NCBI GenBank assembly: GCA_038496445.1 | Contig: JALMLS010000149.1 | Location: forward strand, 1-64,000 | Direction of reading: 5' to 3' | DNA length: 64,000 nt | Source of the DNA: Trichosphaerium sp. ATCC 40318 | Lineage: Eukaryota > Protista > Tubulinea | Part shown: one piece after another, positions 27,592 through 42,321 of the stretch | Position numbering within the stretch: the first letter of the stretch is position 1 | Layout: each line of letters opens with the position of its first letter | The notes under the pieces: model-generated | Database searches by the model: none | What the model saw: only the letters and a program-made list of their open reading frames with translations | Told to the model about the DNA's origin: nothing | Position numbers and translations under genes: made by a program

Positions 27592-29508
<1,917 letters not shown>

Positions 29509-29627
29509 GTTTTATTTGTAATGACAGGGAGTAGGAGTAATTAAGAAAGCCTCGTACTGAAAATCGGAAAAAATTCAAGTCAGGGAGTTTCCCGGGATTC
29601 ATTTTATTTTTCTTGAGATAGTTGTAC

Positions 29628-31454
29628 TCAATAGCGAGGTTGATTCTGTCGTATAGAGAGTGCACGTTCATACAACTCGCTTGATTCGGCAACTTTGCCT
29701 TGGCACTCTACCTCAGCTGCCATTTTGTAGTGTCGTAACATTTTATGGTAATCAGGGTCAAGTTTCCACTCTTCTGTGTAATCAGCGTCTTGCTCATATC
29801 GTTCAAACACCTACACAAATGAGATTCTTCGTTGGAATTGTAGATAGCTAACTGTTTTTTGTAGAGTCGTACCACATCAGTCCTGCAGTGGTATTTATTT
29901 CCAGATTTAACTGGCTCGCCCTCGTGTAGGATAGTATGATCAAAAATCACTGCCATACCTTTAGAACATTATGTGTTAACCCGAGAGAAGTTAATAATGA
30001 CTCAACTGTACCCGCTTTTGGTTGTAGTTTATGAACATAGTCATAACCACATTTTGTCTCTTCCCTTAGAGTTTGATCTACTTTTGCTTTACCTCTTAAC
30101 TTCATAAAGTTGGTTCCACCTCCTTCGTAACCCTAGTACAGTACAGAATTAGAACTCTACAAGTAGGCTTGAAATCAAAGTACTCACTTCATTGAGGTAG
30201 ATCATAATAGTCAGAATAGAGCGCTGCTCGATTGATCTTACAAAATTTGCATCTCTGTGAGCTACAAAACCAACAGAAGGTCCTAAATTGGCGCTCAGCT
30301 AAGAATTATCAAACTCAAGCTTTACGTGCCTGTGTACCGACAAAATCGAAAACATTCGTTAAGACCTATACCTCTCCACCTACCCTAAGTATTGGGGTTA
30401 GTATTTTAAATATCTTCGAACACATACCTTAGAATTGAAGCCAAAAGGCCTAGCATTTTGAAGCTTTGGATGATTTTCTATGAAAGGTTTTATTCTCCGC
30501 CATACTTCCTCAGCCAGATCAGGAGACTTTATCAATGCTCGTTTATTATCTCGTTCTAGAGGCATGTGTTATTTAAAAAAAAGTTGAGAACAGTGAATCT
30601 CAATTACCATGTTCAAGAAACTCGTGTTTGAGAGTCAAATAATGGCCTTGGCTTTCAGTGGCAGAAATAAAATAAGCACATTCCTTATTGATCTTTAAGG
30701 CTACAAAAACAGTGTACGTCTAGGTACCTCAGGTGAAAGCAAGTTGTACAAAACAAAAGCAGGAAGCTCTAGATTATCCAGCTCTTGCTTGACAATTGGT
30801 AGAGTTGACGAAGGAGGCATGTTAACCTAGATGTGTCAACGCCATTTAAATGCTGAAATAAAATAGTACCTCTAAGTTAGTGATAACGTTCTTAGTACGC
30901 GTAAATCGCCAACGGGGCAGTGGCTTTGGTGGTGGACGTTTTACAACAGCAGATTGGAAGTCTATGAGTTTTTCTGCAAGTGATGACACGTTCTTTACTT
31001 GGTTTATGTATGTTAATATTTGTTGTTCTTGTTGTGATAATTGTGCGTCAGATGTCATTTTTGTAAAAATGTCGTTGAATAAAGGTGTTGCGTATAATTT
31101 GTCCAATAAAACAGTTGTGGCTATTACCAAAACAGAAGGGCACTTGCTAACCATCCATTTCCGGCTCTTAACAAGTTTTTGAATGAATACATCAATTGTT
31201 TGTGCTTGTGACATCCACCTAAGTACTATATCCACTTTTACGGCGTAATTCGCCTCGTGGGGGCAAGCCTGTGTAATTTGTTGTATAACCATACTAGCAG
31301 CAGTTTTGAAGCCTTCAACCAATACCTCAACGCTACGTGGTGCCTGTTCGTTGGCTCGAGAGTAGATTTCTTGGTACAGTGTCATGTAAAGTGCAGGTGC
31401 CAAAGGGTCACCGTTTGCCTTTGCTAAAAAAGCGGTGTAGAGTCTGCCTTCCAT
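29628..31454 (-). CDS. Cullin-repeat-like N-terminal domain fused to a prolyl-4-hydroxylase-like 2OG-Fe(II) oxygenase
   Basis: N-terminus LYMTLYQEIY...RKWMV..CPSVLVIA. Oxygenase: GLNECFRFCRY, FVAHRD (HxD), SILTIMIYLNE|GYEGGTNF, PKAGMAVIFDHTILHEG (distal His), GNKYHCRTDV. Confidence 0.8.
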
Positions 31455-31567
31455 TATTGTTGGCTTGTTTGTAAACTAAAATTAAGTGGCATTGGAAATT
31501 TCAATGTTATTCATACCACAATTTCAGTTCTATTAACCTAGTAAATCATTGCTTTGAAAGTCTTATA

Positions 31568-33299
31568 ATGGGACGCGTACAAGGATGGTTACATAAGAAG
31601 CCAGAAAAGGGGTTAATAAAAAAATGGCGAAAGAGGTGGTTTGTTTTAGATAACGGATGTCTATCTTACTATAAATCAGATTGTACGGGAAAATATTTGC
31701 TTTCTACCGAGTTTGCCTAAAATCCTAATAAGCTGATTCTTCTCCAATTGATTCAATTGACGTGAAAAAAATAACAGAAGTGCGCCAAGGAAAGACTGAG
31801 CTCTTGTTTGAAGTTGTTGTACCAGGTAGAGTTTATTTCCTTCAGGTACCGCTTAAACGTATAGCCATTACGCTCCCTCACGCTATTAGGCTGCCAGTGA
31901 GAAGGCACACAAAGGATGGATGGAACAAATAAAACTGCGCGTGATGGGGCTACCTGATGGCATGAAAAACGTACGTAAAGATTCTAATTTACAAATAAAG
32001 GAAAAAAATAACCAAAATACTCTGACCACAAAACAGTGTTTTGGTCTGTAGTCACGTTTCTTCATTATCTCAAATACGCGCTGGTTTTTTTGTGTGAAAT
32101 CCAATTTTATTGCCACACAGAAGATCAAAAAATCTGTTTCCATCTTTACTAAAAAACCACAAAAATCGGACTTATTTATCTACCCTTTTTATAATAAGCG
32201 TCCTTATTCATTTAAATAGGATGAGAAGAAGGTAGACGTGTCTAACAAGGAGTTGGAAGAATTTCCAATGTTCACAACTCTCAATAAATGCCTAATTGAC
32301 TTGAACGCTGCCGAGAATTCCATCACTGTTATCCCACCTGAAGTTGGACAAATTAAAACTCTTGAAAAGCTTAACTTATCTTATAATGATATAAATGTAC
32401 GATCACGTGATCTATGCACTTGTTTAATAGGCTCATACGATCATAGACTATGAGCGACGAGATTGGTAACTTGGAGAAGCTAAAAGAGCTTAATTTACAT
32501 AAAAATCAACTTACAGATCTTCCCGAAACGCTCAAGAACTTGAACAAGTTAGTGTTGCTGTGGGTATCGAATAACAAGCTAAAGGAAATGCCATCTTGGA
32601 TGGGATCTCTTGTTTCTCTTCAAAAGCTTAATGTCGCTTATAACTCATGGAAAATCATTCCTGATTCTATTGGTATGTTGTCAACGCGTTATGTTTTGTA
32701 CCTTTTGTTGTAACACACCATTTATTAATTTTTTATCGAAGGCGAGCTGAAGAATTTACGGAATCTTGACTTGTCTGGAAACAAATTGAAATCACTTCCT
32801 GCTAGCATATGCTCCTTAAATATCGAGGTTTTAGAGTGCTTCAACAATAAACTTGAAAGTATTCCTGAAGATATAGGTATCTATCAACTGCTAGAAACTT
32901 TTTAACAAAATAACTTTATTCACAAGAAATATTGATTTCAAAAAAAACTAACGCGTGTTTTCTTCAGGGCAAATGGAGAAACTACAAGTTCTAAAATTAG
33001 GAAGAAATATGATCGCGAAAGTACCTGATAGCATAGGCGACTTGACTGAACTACAGGTGCGTAGATATGCCGCTTGACTTTTGACATTTTTCATTGATAA
33101 ATCGTAACACCTTTTTTTGTAGGAGCTCGACCTTAGCCATAACCAACTGAAACTGCTCCCGCTTTCAGCTGGAAATTTAAATGCTTTTTTGGAAGTCAGA
33201 GATAATCCTTTCGACGAGGATTTTATACCAGCTGAAGTAGTATCATCAGGATCAACTGGTATTAAAACGTTCCTAAAGGAAGCTGCACAAGATGAGTAA
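31568..33299 (+). CDS. PH domain + leucine-rich repeat protein
   Basis: GWLHKKPEKGLIKKWRKRWFVL..GCLSYY...RVYFLQA...HKGWMEQI (PH domain), then about 8 LRRs (LP.EIGNL..L..L.L..NQL..LP). Confidence 0.9.
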
Positions 33300-33682
33300 C
33301 AAAATGGAAAAAAAACGAAAAAAAAAGGGAAAAAAATATCAAGGTGTACCAATGTTGGTCAACTAAAAGGGGTGTTAAAGTACAGCCACAAGTACTCAAC
33401 ATAACCTCCATAAGCAGGTCTCGAGAAATCATTAAGTTTAGACGCACTGTACAAAAGAAAATGAAAGTTGTAAATTGCCATTAATAATAATAAAATCCGT
33501 TACAAAAAATAGCGCACCTACTGCTTTGCGTTACGAACACGCCTTTCTCTTTAGAAGAAAAAGCAGAGTGAATAAGAGATACAACACATGATACACTACA
33601 GAGTAAATGATGTCATAATTGGGCAAGGTTTTTTGACCTCACGTGACCTCGTTGTTCTTTAATTTTGAAAAAAGAAAAAAAA

Positions 33683-34965
33683 ATGCAAGTGGAACCAGAC
33701 GAACAACTAAAGCAGAATTCGCTGTTTGCTCTTTCTATTTTCAATTCAGAAGGAAGTATTTCTGCTGATTATAAACGTCTAGGTACGATATAAATACGTT
33801 TTTTTTTTTTAATCTGTTTTGTAAAATAAAACAACTTCACCGTTATAACGATTGATTACTAGGTAAAACAGGCGAAAAGGTACAATCAAAAAACCTATTT
33901 TTTTTTTAAGACTTTGGGCCGTATTTCACTTTCTTACCCTTCAATCATACCCTTAATGCGCCTTTATTATTTTGTCTTATACATCATTTATTACTTTGTA
34001 ATTAAAAATACAAATACAAACATATGTGTCTATACGCATCATGTGAATAAGTTTACAGGTCACGTTTTTTTTTTTTTGTACTTCTTTTTTGGTGGTACTT
34101 TTTTTATTCGCTTCAATATTGACTTACTGCTTTGTAAGACTACACATGCTGATCCTCAGAACAGTACCTTGTTCGTTAAATGTACGTTATTGTCTATTAT
34201 TGGGTAAATAGACAATTGTTATTCACGAAAAACGCCCTCTGTCTTAGTGTAAAGAATTTAATTTATTTATTTACATTTTAGGCCTTCCAAAAGATTTAGC
34301 CAATATTTCGGAAGTTACAAATATATTCAGTGCTTATGGGAGCATTAAGAGAGTAGAAATGAAGGGTAGAAGCGCAATTGTAGAGTACGATAAACGTGTA
34401 AGTTCAAGTAAACGAAAAAACAAAAAAAATCCATCAAAGAATAACGGTTCAATCAGTGGGAACGCTTTCTCTCTGAAAATACCTCATGAGTGATACTCAA
34501 TCGTTTTCATTTTGACCAGGTCGTTAACCCATTATTTTTCTAGGCTCATGCAGTAACGGCAAAGAGGAAGGTAAAGGTAGTCGTTGATACACAATCAAAG
34601 CCCTGGAGAGTTAAAGTACGTTGTTTGGAAAAAAAAAAAACCATACACACAAACTGCGCTTTTTCACGCACGTGCGGTCATCCTAATGTGCACAAGAAGT
34701 TCTACGTCTATATGTTTTTTCGTTTAATTTACGACAATAGATTTTTTGGGGAAAGTGGAAAACTCCTCCGCCCAAACTGGCTAAACCCTATGATCCTATG
34801 ATGTCACCTGCACTATTACAATCAGACGGAGCTCCTTTTGGACATACAAAGTTCTCAAATGAAGATAAGCTTGGTATGTATGGGCTAACAATAGATCAAG
34901 TCGCATCAAAAAGAGCCCCAATGGCATATGAGAGAGTCATACGTGAAAAAGAGCCAGGGTTGTAA
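33683..34965 (+). CDS. Single-RRM protein with two microexons
   Basis: Spliced: NSTLFVKCLPKDLANISEVTNIFSAYGSIKRVEM..RSAIVEYDKRAHAVTAKRK...VKIFWGK. Microexons of 17 nt (33863-33879) and 22 nt. Confidence 0.72.
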
Positions 34966-35334
34966 TAAACAAAAAAAAGTAAAATAAAAAAAGACTCCAA
35001 CTGTACAAACGATCTTGTTGTTACTTCATTTGATCTGAGGCGCGTGAATGATAACGTATACGTACATGCCTATTTAGAAATGGTATAGAACAGAAAGAAA
35101 GTGAAACACGTGGGCGTCTTTTGGCAAAATGCGACGAAAATGTTTCCTGACGTTGAAGCATAGATAGTTGGTTGTGTTACACCGTTATGACAAGGTGCTG
35201 TAAATGTGATTGTATTGTACAAGGCGGATAACAATAAGATGGTAAAGGATTCATCCAAGAAGCGTTATAAAACATTCATTTTTATTTTACTGATACACTG
35301 AAAAAAAAAAGATCGATAACCCGCTGCGTGGTGT

Positions 35335-36145
<811 letters not shown>

Positions 36146-36974
36146 TTATGTTGTTGTTCTTTGAGATGTGTTTGGTTATGAGCTGTTTTTAACTTTATGG
36201 TGTTTCGTATCATGTGATTTGTTCGCTATTTTATAAATAGAATTGGTTTTTTGATGAATTCTTATAAATAGATGTTGTACACCAGCCCTTAAACTGTGCT
36301 AAACGTTGCTGTTAGTCTTTCTTTTTTGACGGTTAAAGTCGGAACGCGCTTGTATCAGCTTATCACGTGATTTCTTAGTCTCTTCTTGCTTACGCAGTAA
36401 ATTCCTCCTGCGCAGTTGTCTGGAGTATGGCGAGAGATGAAACTACTGTTGTCGTCATGGTCTGTACAGCTTTTTGCTGCCTTGTACAAGATGTTTACGT
36501 ATGTACATTCGCAATCCATACTATCATTTTACGCTTATTGGAGTAACAAGCAAAACAATGATGCTTCATTTACAAGGAGATTGTATCCTTACTTTCTTTT
36601 GGCGTATGACACCAATAATCACGTATTTGTGGTCCCAACGCTGATAATAGCGGATAGAAAGAAGACACTACGGTATCTCCGATACCAGCTCTTTTTTTAC
36701 TGGTAATCGCAACAAACTAGTACTTCGCGTAATTTGAACAAAGCACACGCTATAAAAACAATTTCCCTTTTCCGGAAAATCTGTGTTCTCAGGCAGGATT
36801 CTGTCAACGCCCCTTTAACGTCTACACATAGTAGTATTGGTGAATATGTTTACCGGAGATTTTTCTGGTGCTGTGACTGAATTATTTACTATTTTTGCAA
36901 GTTTTGTTATATTCACTTCCTTAACTGCCAGTGTCCCAATTGCCATCAACTCGTTCCACTTGAAGTAAAAGTGT

Positions 36975-39098
36975 ATGATGCATCGTATTTGCTTACTGCC
37001 ATTGTCGTGTTTGCTACGTATGACGTGATTGACTATTAATATGCTCTAATATTTGTATAGTACTCACATTTATTGCGCTATGCGAAGGGGAAACGATTGA
37101 AAACTCGTTCTATACCGTGAACGTAAATCATTTTGGAATATGTTTAAAACATTTATCCTTTGTCTCTTTGCTTTAAAAAGTATGTTTATAAGCGATATAG
37201 GTTCGTGGCGATGAGAATTGGAAACATTGGTATACCGAAATAGTACCAAAAGCCACAACAGGCTTGGACGTAAGTATAATACACTCAACTACCAGTCTTC
37301 CGAAATTGGCGTTGCACAAAACGCATTTTAGTACATTTCCGCTACGTTAAGCTAAAAAGCATTAGTTTCTTGCGTTTAGAGCTGGCTTGATCGTGACGAA
37401 TGGACAGGAAATGTTGGTGAGCTCAAACAAGCCTTGTATTCCTTTTTTGGGAACTGCTTTGTTTTTTTGTTTTTTGAAGGTTAACTTGATGCTTTAGAAC
37501 GGTACATCACTTGTAAAGGCTGATATTACAGGGGGAGCTGCTATAACTAGTGTACCACCTTCAGATTGGGTACCAGGGGCTATTGGTAGCTCTGTGACAA
37601 TGTCTGAGAACTTTAATAATGCAACTGGAAGCGCTTACGTTGTATTGGTCGATAAGTACGTATCCACTAAAAACCTCAAACAATTACCTTGTTGCAGTTC
37701 GCTCTTTTTTGTTGTTATACTTATTTATGTTATAGACCTGTTGACGCAGATTTTGAGTTTGTAAAAGATGGGAAACAAGAGAAGCACACGTGGCCAGTAA
37801 AGTACGTTTTGTGGATGTTTGAATTCTTTTTTTTTTTTTTGAAACTCAAAGTATCTTGTAGGCCAGAGAGTGTTAAGTTTGGCTTTCAGCTTGATAACTG
37901 GAAGTTTTCACACCCTGATTCCGTATTTTCTATTGATGTTACAGTATTGCTTGTAGCAGGGGTTGAAGAATTAACAGACCTTTTAATTGCAGCTGGTGGG
38001 AATTTTGACAATGTAATCAATGTTCGTCTGCCACAAAAAAATATGGTATGTCTATCTGTTTATTTGAGTTATACCAAGACCTTGCTTATACTATATTATA
38101 GCTTAGAAATAATATTACTGCCACTGTACGTTTTAAGGTTATAGAACTAAGAATCAGTTTTTGTTACTGGCCGTGCACTTGCTTGTTGTTTTTCTCACCT
38201 TTTTTAGTTTCTTGCTGGAGCTATGAATGGTACCTCTATCGAGTTTTTTTACCAAACCTTTGCTGTCGGAGATGACGTAGACTTTATAAAGGTCACTGAG
38301 GATACGTAAGTACACTGTGCACGCAGTTATATAGCGTAATAGTTACACTGAAAGATCTCCTTTTTTTTTAAGAAGCTTACTGAAAATATGTTTTTAAAGC
38401 ACGTGACCACTGACATGCTTCATAATTATAGGATTGTCACTATAGATAGTACATTCACTCAAACACCTGAAATTTTAGATTGCTATGGATATTATAACAA
38501 GTCAAGATTTAGCTGTTTAGGTTTTACTTTTAGATTTACATTCACAAAACAGTTTAATACCAAGTACGTTTTAAGCAAGTCTGTGCCACAAACACCTTAT
38601 TAACTTTTCAAATTATCACGGTATATTCTTTATCACTAATATTATTGTTGCTATGACAACTTGCCGCAAAACCTATCAGTATCACTTGTTTAGTAAAAAA
38701 AGTTGCTTGTCTTTCTTTTTTTTTTCTGCTTTTGTGGCGTTTTTTTTTCTAGCTCGAACTTACGTGTTTTATTTAGACTCTATTATGATCCTGACTTTTC
38801 CATTCTATTAAACGATAGAGCGTTAGAAGACGAAGATGAGAAAGAGCCTTTTGATCCTGCAGGCAGTTCAGCAGTTTATATTTATGTTGTTGGTGCTGTA
38901 TTTGCATTAGCTGTTTTAGTTGCTGTATTGGGTACTACTGTCTACACTTTTAGAAGAAAGGTACCAACCATCTAATCCTGTTGACTTGTATGGTTCTGAC
39001 TATACCTTTTAATCTAGCTACTACCTTTCTATAGAGGAGATAGACCTGCTGGTCAAGTAGTTGAAGTTTCTCCTAGAAAAGATGATTACTCCATCTGA
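36975..39098 (+). CDS. Type I membrane protein with ComC-supersandwich-like ectodomain (5' exons unresolved)
   Basis: Candidate signal peptide MMHRICLLPLSCLLLLTFIALCEG; SVKFGFQLDNWKFS; juxtamembrane YYDPDFSILL; TM VYIYVVGAVFALAVLVAVLGTTVYTF-RRK; tail ending DDYSI*. Confidence 0.6.
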
Positions 39099-39257
39099 GA
39101 TGACTTGCTTGAGATAGGATTATAATCCAAAATATGTGTACTTTAATATTATTGGGTGTGTCCCAATAAAAATAAAAACAACAAAATACTAACTCAGAGT
39201 CTTTTTATTTTCTCAATTTTTTTCGTTTATGTTCATAGTAGTCAAAAAAAAAAAAAG

Positions 39258-41866
39258 TTATTTTTCGTAATCTGGCTCCTCGGGTTGCTCGTTAGGGCAT
39301 GGAATACCGAGGTTAAATGGTTCTTTACACTTATTTATTAGATCTATCAGTCCAGAAGCTGAATAATGTTGGTTATCTGCCCTACAAGTATAGTTTTAAT
39401 ACAATGTTGCCTACTTTTAAATGTAATTTTGAAACATGGTTGGACATACTTTAACGAATATTTTGATTCAAAAACATTAATACGATAATGCTTTGTCTGT
39501 GTCTTTGCTGTTGAAGAATTAAGAGCACGAGAAACAACAACAGATAGTGTAAAAGGAGAGCTTCCTCTTCAAAGGCATTAGAGAACTTAACAATTTTGTG
39601 GTTTTTTCTAAATATTTTGACGTACTTTGTTGTTGATGCACGTACTAGAAAACAACGATGAGGGCGGCCAGCAAGTCTCCTCATAGCACTATCACGTGAT
39701 ATGTATCCGTGGAACCATCTAAAAAAATAAGTGCGAGCTGTAGTTCTTATTTATGACCTTAAGTTTGTTTTTTTTTTCCACCCGACGTACTGCTGCTCGC
39801 AAACTAATGAACCTGCCGTTGCTATAATTTGACGTCCATATTTTAGATCATAAAAAGGACCAAACCAATTTAAAGCAAAAGCACATACTTCGATAGATAC
39901 CTAGATAGCAATAAAATCAGCTGGTTTTCAAACAGATAAAAAGGAAGAAAAAACAAAGAAAAAAGAATGAACAACAAATTTGTAAGTTACCGTTGTGCCC
40001 ACTGTATCTTCAAGGAGTACGAGTTCTGTTGCTTTTTTATACTCTGCTTTGTTATGTACAGGATCTGAAATATTGACAATATTCAATAACGTTGGTCTTT
40101 GAACACGCATACCTTGAAATTGTTTTAGTGCTTGAGCTAAAAAAGGCGGTGTAAATGTATTAAAAAAAGTACACATTACGGATTTTAAGCGGTCTAGGTC
40201 GAGTTCTGGATGTGATTGAAGTACTGCAGCATCAATACCAAGGCGATTATATAACCCATTTCTAAAAAATTGCCATTCTATTTCTTCTCTGTTATCCTAA
40301 AATAGAAAGTAAATCAAAAAAAAAAACCCACGCTCTAACAACTTTTTAATGTAAGACAAAAAACTCACTTGAGTAACTGTAAAATACTGGGACCAAAATG
40401 TAGGTCCATCAGGATGACTATCAGAAAAAGCAATGTCTATAAGGCTGTTAAAAGACTTGAAAATATACAACTTGTCGTTTCTTTCCTACTGCCACTGCGT
40501 GTTCTAAAATCTTAACAATCAATCCAAATCTGAGTAGTTTAGTATAACACTTCAATTGAAAATATCAAAGTTAATTTACGTACTTTGGTCGTTGCATATA
40601 ATTCGGATGCCAGCACTGGCTCATCAGTTCGATATAAGTTGGAGGAGCATTAATTGAATAAGGTCTATTACCAGTAATAATATACCTACAGAGTATTTTT
40701 TAGATGTGCACGAAGAACGTGGTCACCATGTCGCACGTGCAAAGTACTTACTCCATAAAAAGCGTCCTAATATCGTTGCCATGATGTCGTGTATTAAGCC
40801 AGTCTTGATAAGGCCTTTCTTGTGTGAAGAGCTCCCATAATCTGTAACAAACAATCAAAAAAAAGCCTCACTGTCACTGCAAACAAAAGCTCAAAGATTT
40901 GTTTAGTCTTTGTTTTTGGACTACTTGCATTACTCCAAAACTATATACATCTCTTCTTTCATCTGTCATACCACCACACATTGCCTCTGGAGCCATGTAA
41001 AGAAGTGTACCTTTTAGAAAAAATCTTAGAAAGAATAATTGATAAAAAGGTTCGTTCGAAGCAAGTCAGCGAAGAATTATTACCTTGCGGTACAGCTGAA
41101 AAAACTTTTGTCGGCTCAAAAATAGATCCAAAACCAAAATCAGCAATTTTAACAGATCCATCACGTGATATCTGAAGTTCAAACTGAGAAAATCGCTCAT
41201 AACAGTACTGTATTTTTTTTTTCTTACCAGTAAGTTTGCGCTTTTTAAGTCTCTGTGAAGTATCTTGCTACGTTCGTGAAGCCATTGCATACCAAATGCA
41301 GCTTCTTTTGCAATCTTCAATTTTATTCTCAGAGGAATACGTGGTACTCGATACGTCTAAAGGAATGTGCGAGTGAATAACCGTTATTAATCGTATATCA
41401 CGTGGTTCCGAAAGGTTTCACTAAAAACGAAGGGCGAACCTCAAGAAGACGTTGAACGTCGATCTTACACAACTCTGTAACAATACGTATACGTCCATCT
41501 CTTGCTCTGGTACATGCACCCATGTATAGAATAATATTTGGATGTCTTATGCGGCTGTACACTGTATTAGTTGGTTAAAAGATGAAACAACGTACGATAA
41601 CGCTATAATTTCGTTTCTGAATGAGTCTAGTTTAGCAGAATTGTTTGATAGGGCCAATGAAGGTATTTTGATTGCCACGGCGAAATTGCTGCAAAATCCT
41701 TGACACACGTGATTAACAATAAAATACAAGGAAAACAGTAAAAAAAGTGATCGTGGATCCTCTTTTGTGAACACTAACCTTTGTACACTGAACCATAACC
41801 GCCCTTACCAAGTTCTCCATCAAGTCTAATACTGTCTTCCTCAATATCAGGACCTAGGTCATGCAT
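39258..41866 (-). CDS. shk: Shk-type tyrosine-kinase-like kinase with C-terminal SH2 domain
   Basis: GKGGYGSVY, VAIK, HPNIILYMGAC, HRDLKSANLL, IADFG, GTLLYMAPE, DVYSFGV|ILWEL; linker W..FGPF; SH2 WFHGYISR...FLVRAS...PFTLS...KHYRI. Confidence 0.9.
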
Positions 41867-42321
41867 GGCGTTGAAAAAGTCAAAATAGAAGTAAATGAGT
41901 CAACACTCGTCGTTATGGTTTTTCTGTTACTGTCAGCAGTAAAATATGACAAGTTCTTGCTGAAAAACTAATCTCCTGGCGCTTGCTGACACAATCAGTA
42001 ACAGTGTGCACAATCACCTCTTTTGTTTGCTTTTGCAGTCAAGATTCAATTCGTTAGGTTAGTGTCTTTACACGTTACAGTTACGTTGTGTTGAGGTAAT
42101 CGAGGAGTGAAGAGTAGATATTGAAGGCAATGTTAGATGTGGTGTAGTTGGTGGGGAAGGTGTAGGTAATGTTGTTGGATTTTGTTGGTAGTTCTTTGCA
42201 CAAATCGAAGAGCCGCCTGTAAAGCGGCTAAAAAATGATTTAGTTCATGGTACATTGTATTTATTTTACAGTTTTTTTTGGTATGATTTGGATGTGAGTA
42301 TTTGTTCTTGTATTTTACTTG

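Noticed and set aside
31971-32219. Long PH-LRR intron with two hairpins as a possible snoRNA
   Set aside because: No properly placed H/ACA or C/D boxes and no rRNA complementarity found.
36582-36831. GTATCCTT ... CCTTTAAC ... AG as a second U12 intron
   Set aside because: No consistent reading frame could be built; needs RNA-seq.
41900-42260. Open C/A-rich minus-strand frames upstream of shk
   Set aside because: Compositionally biased; no convincing splice into the kinase.
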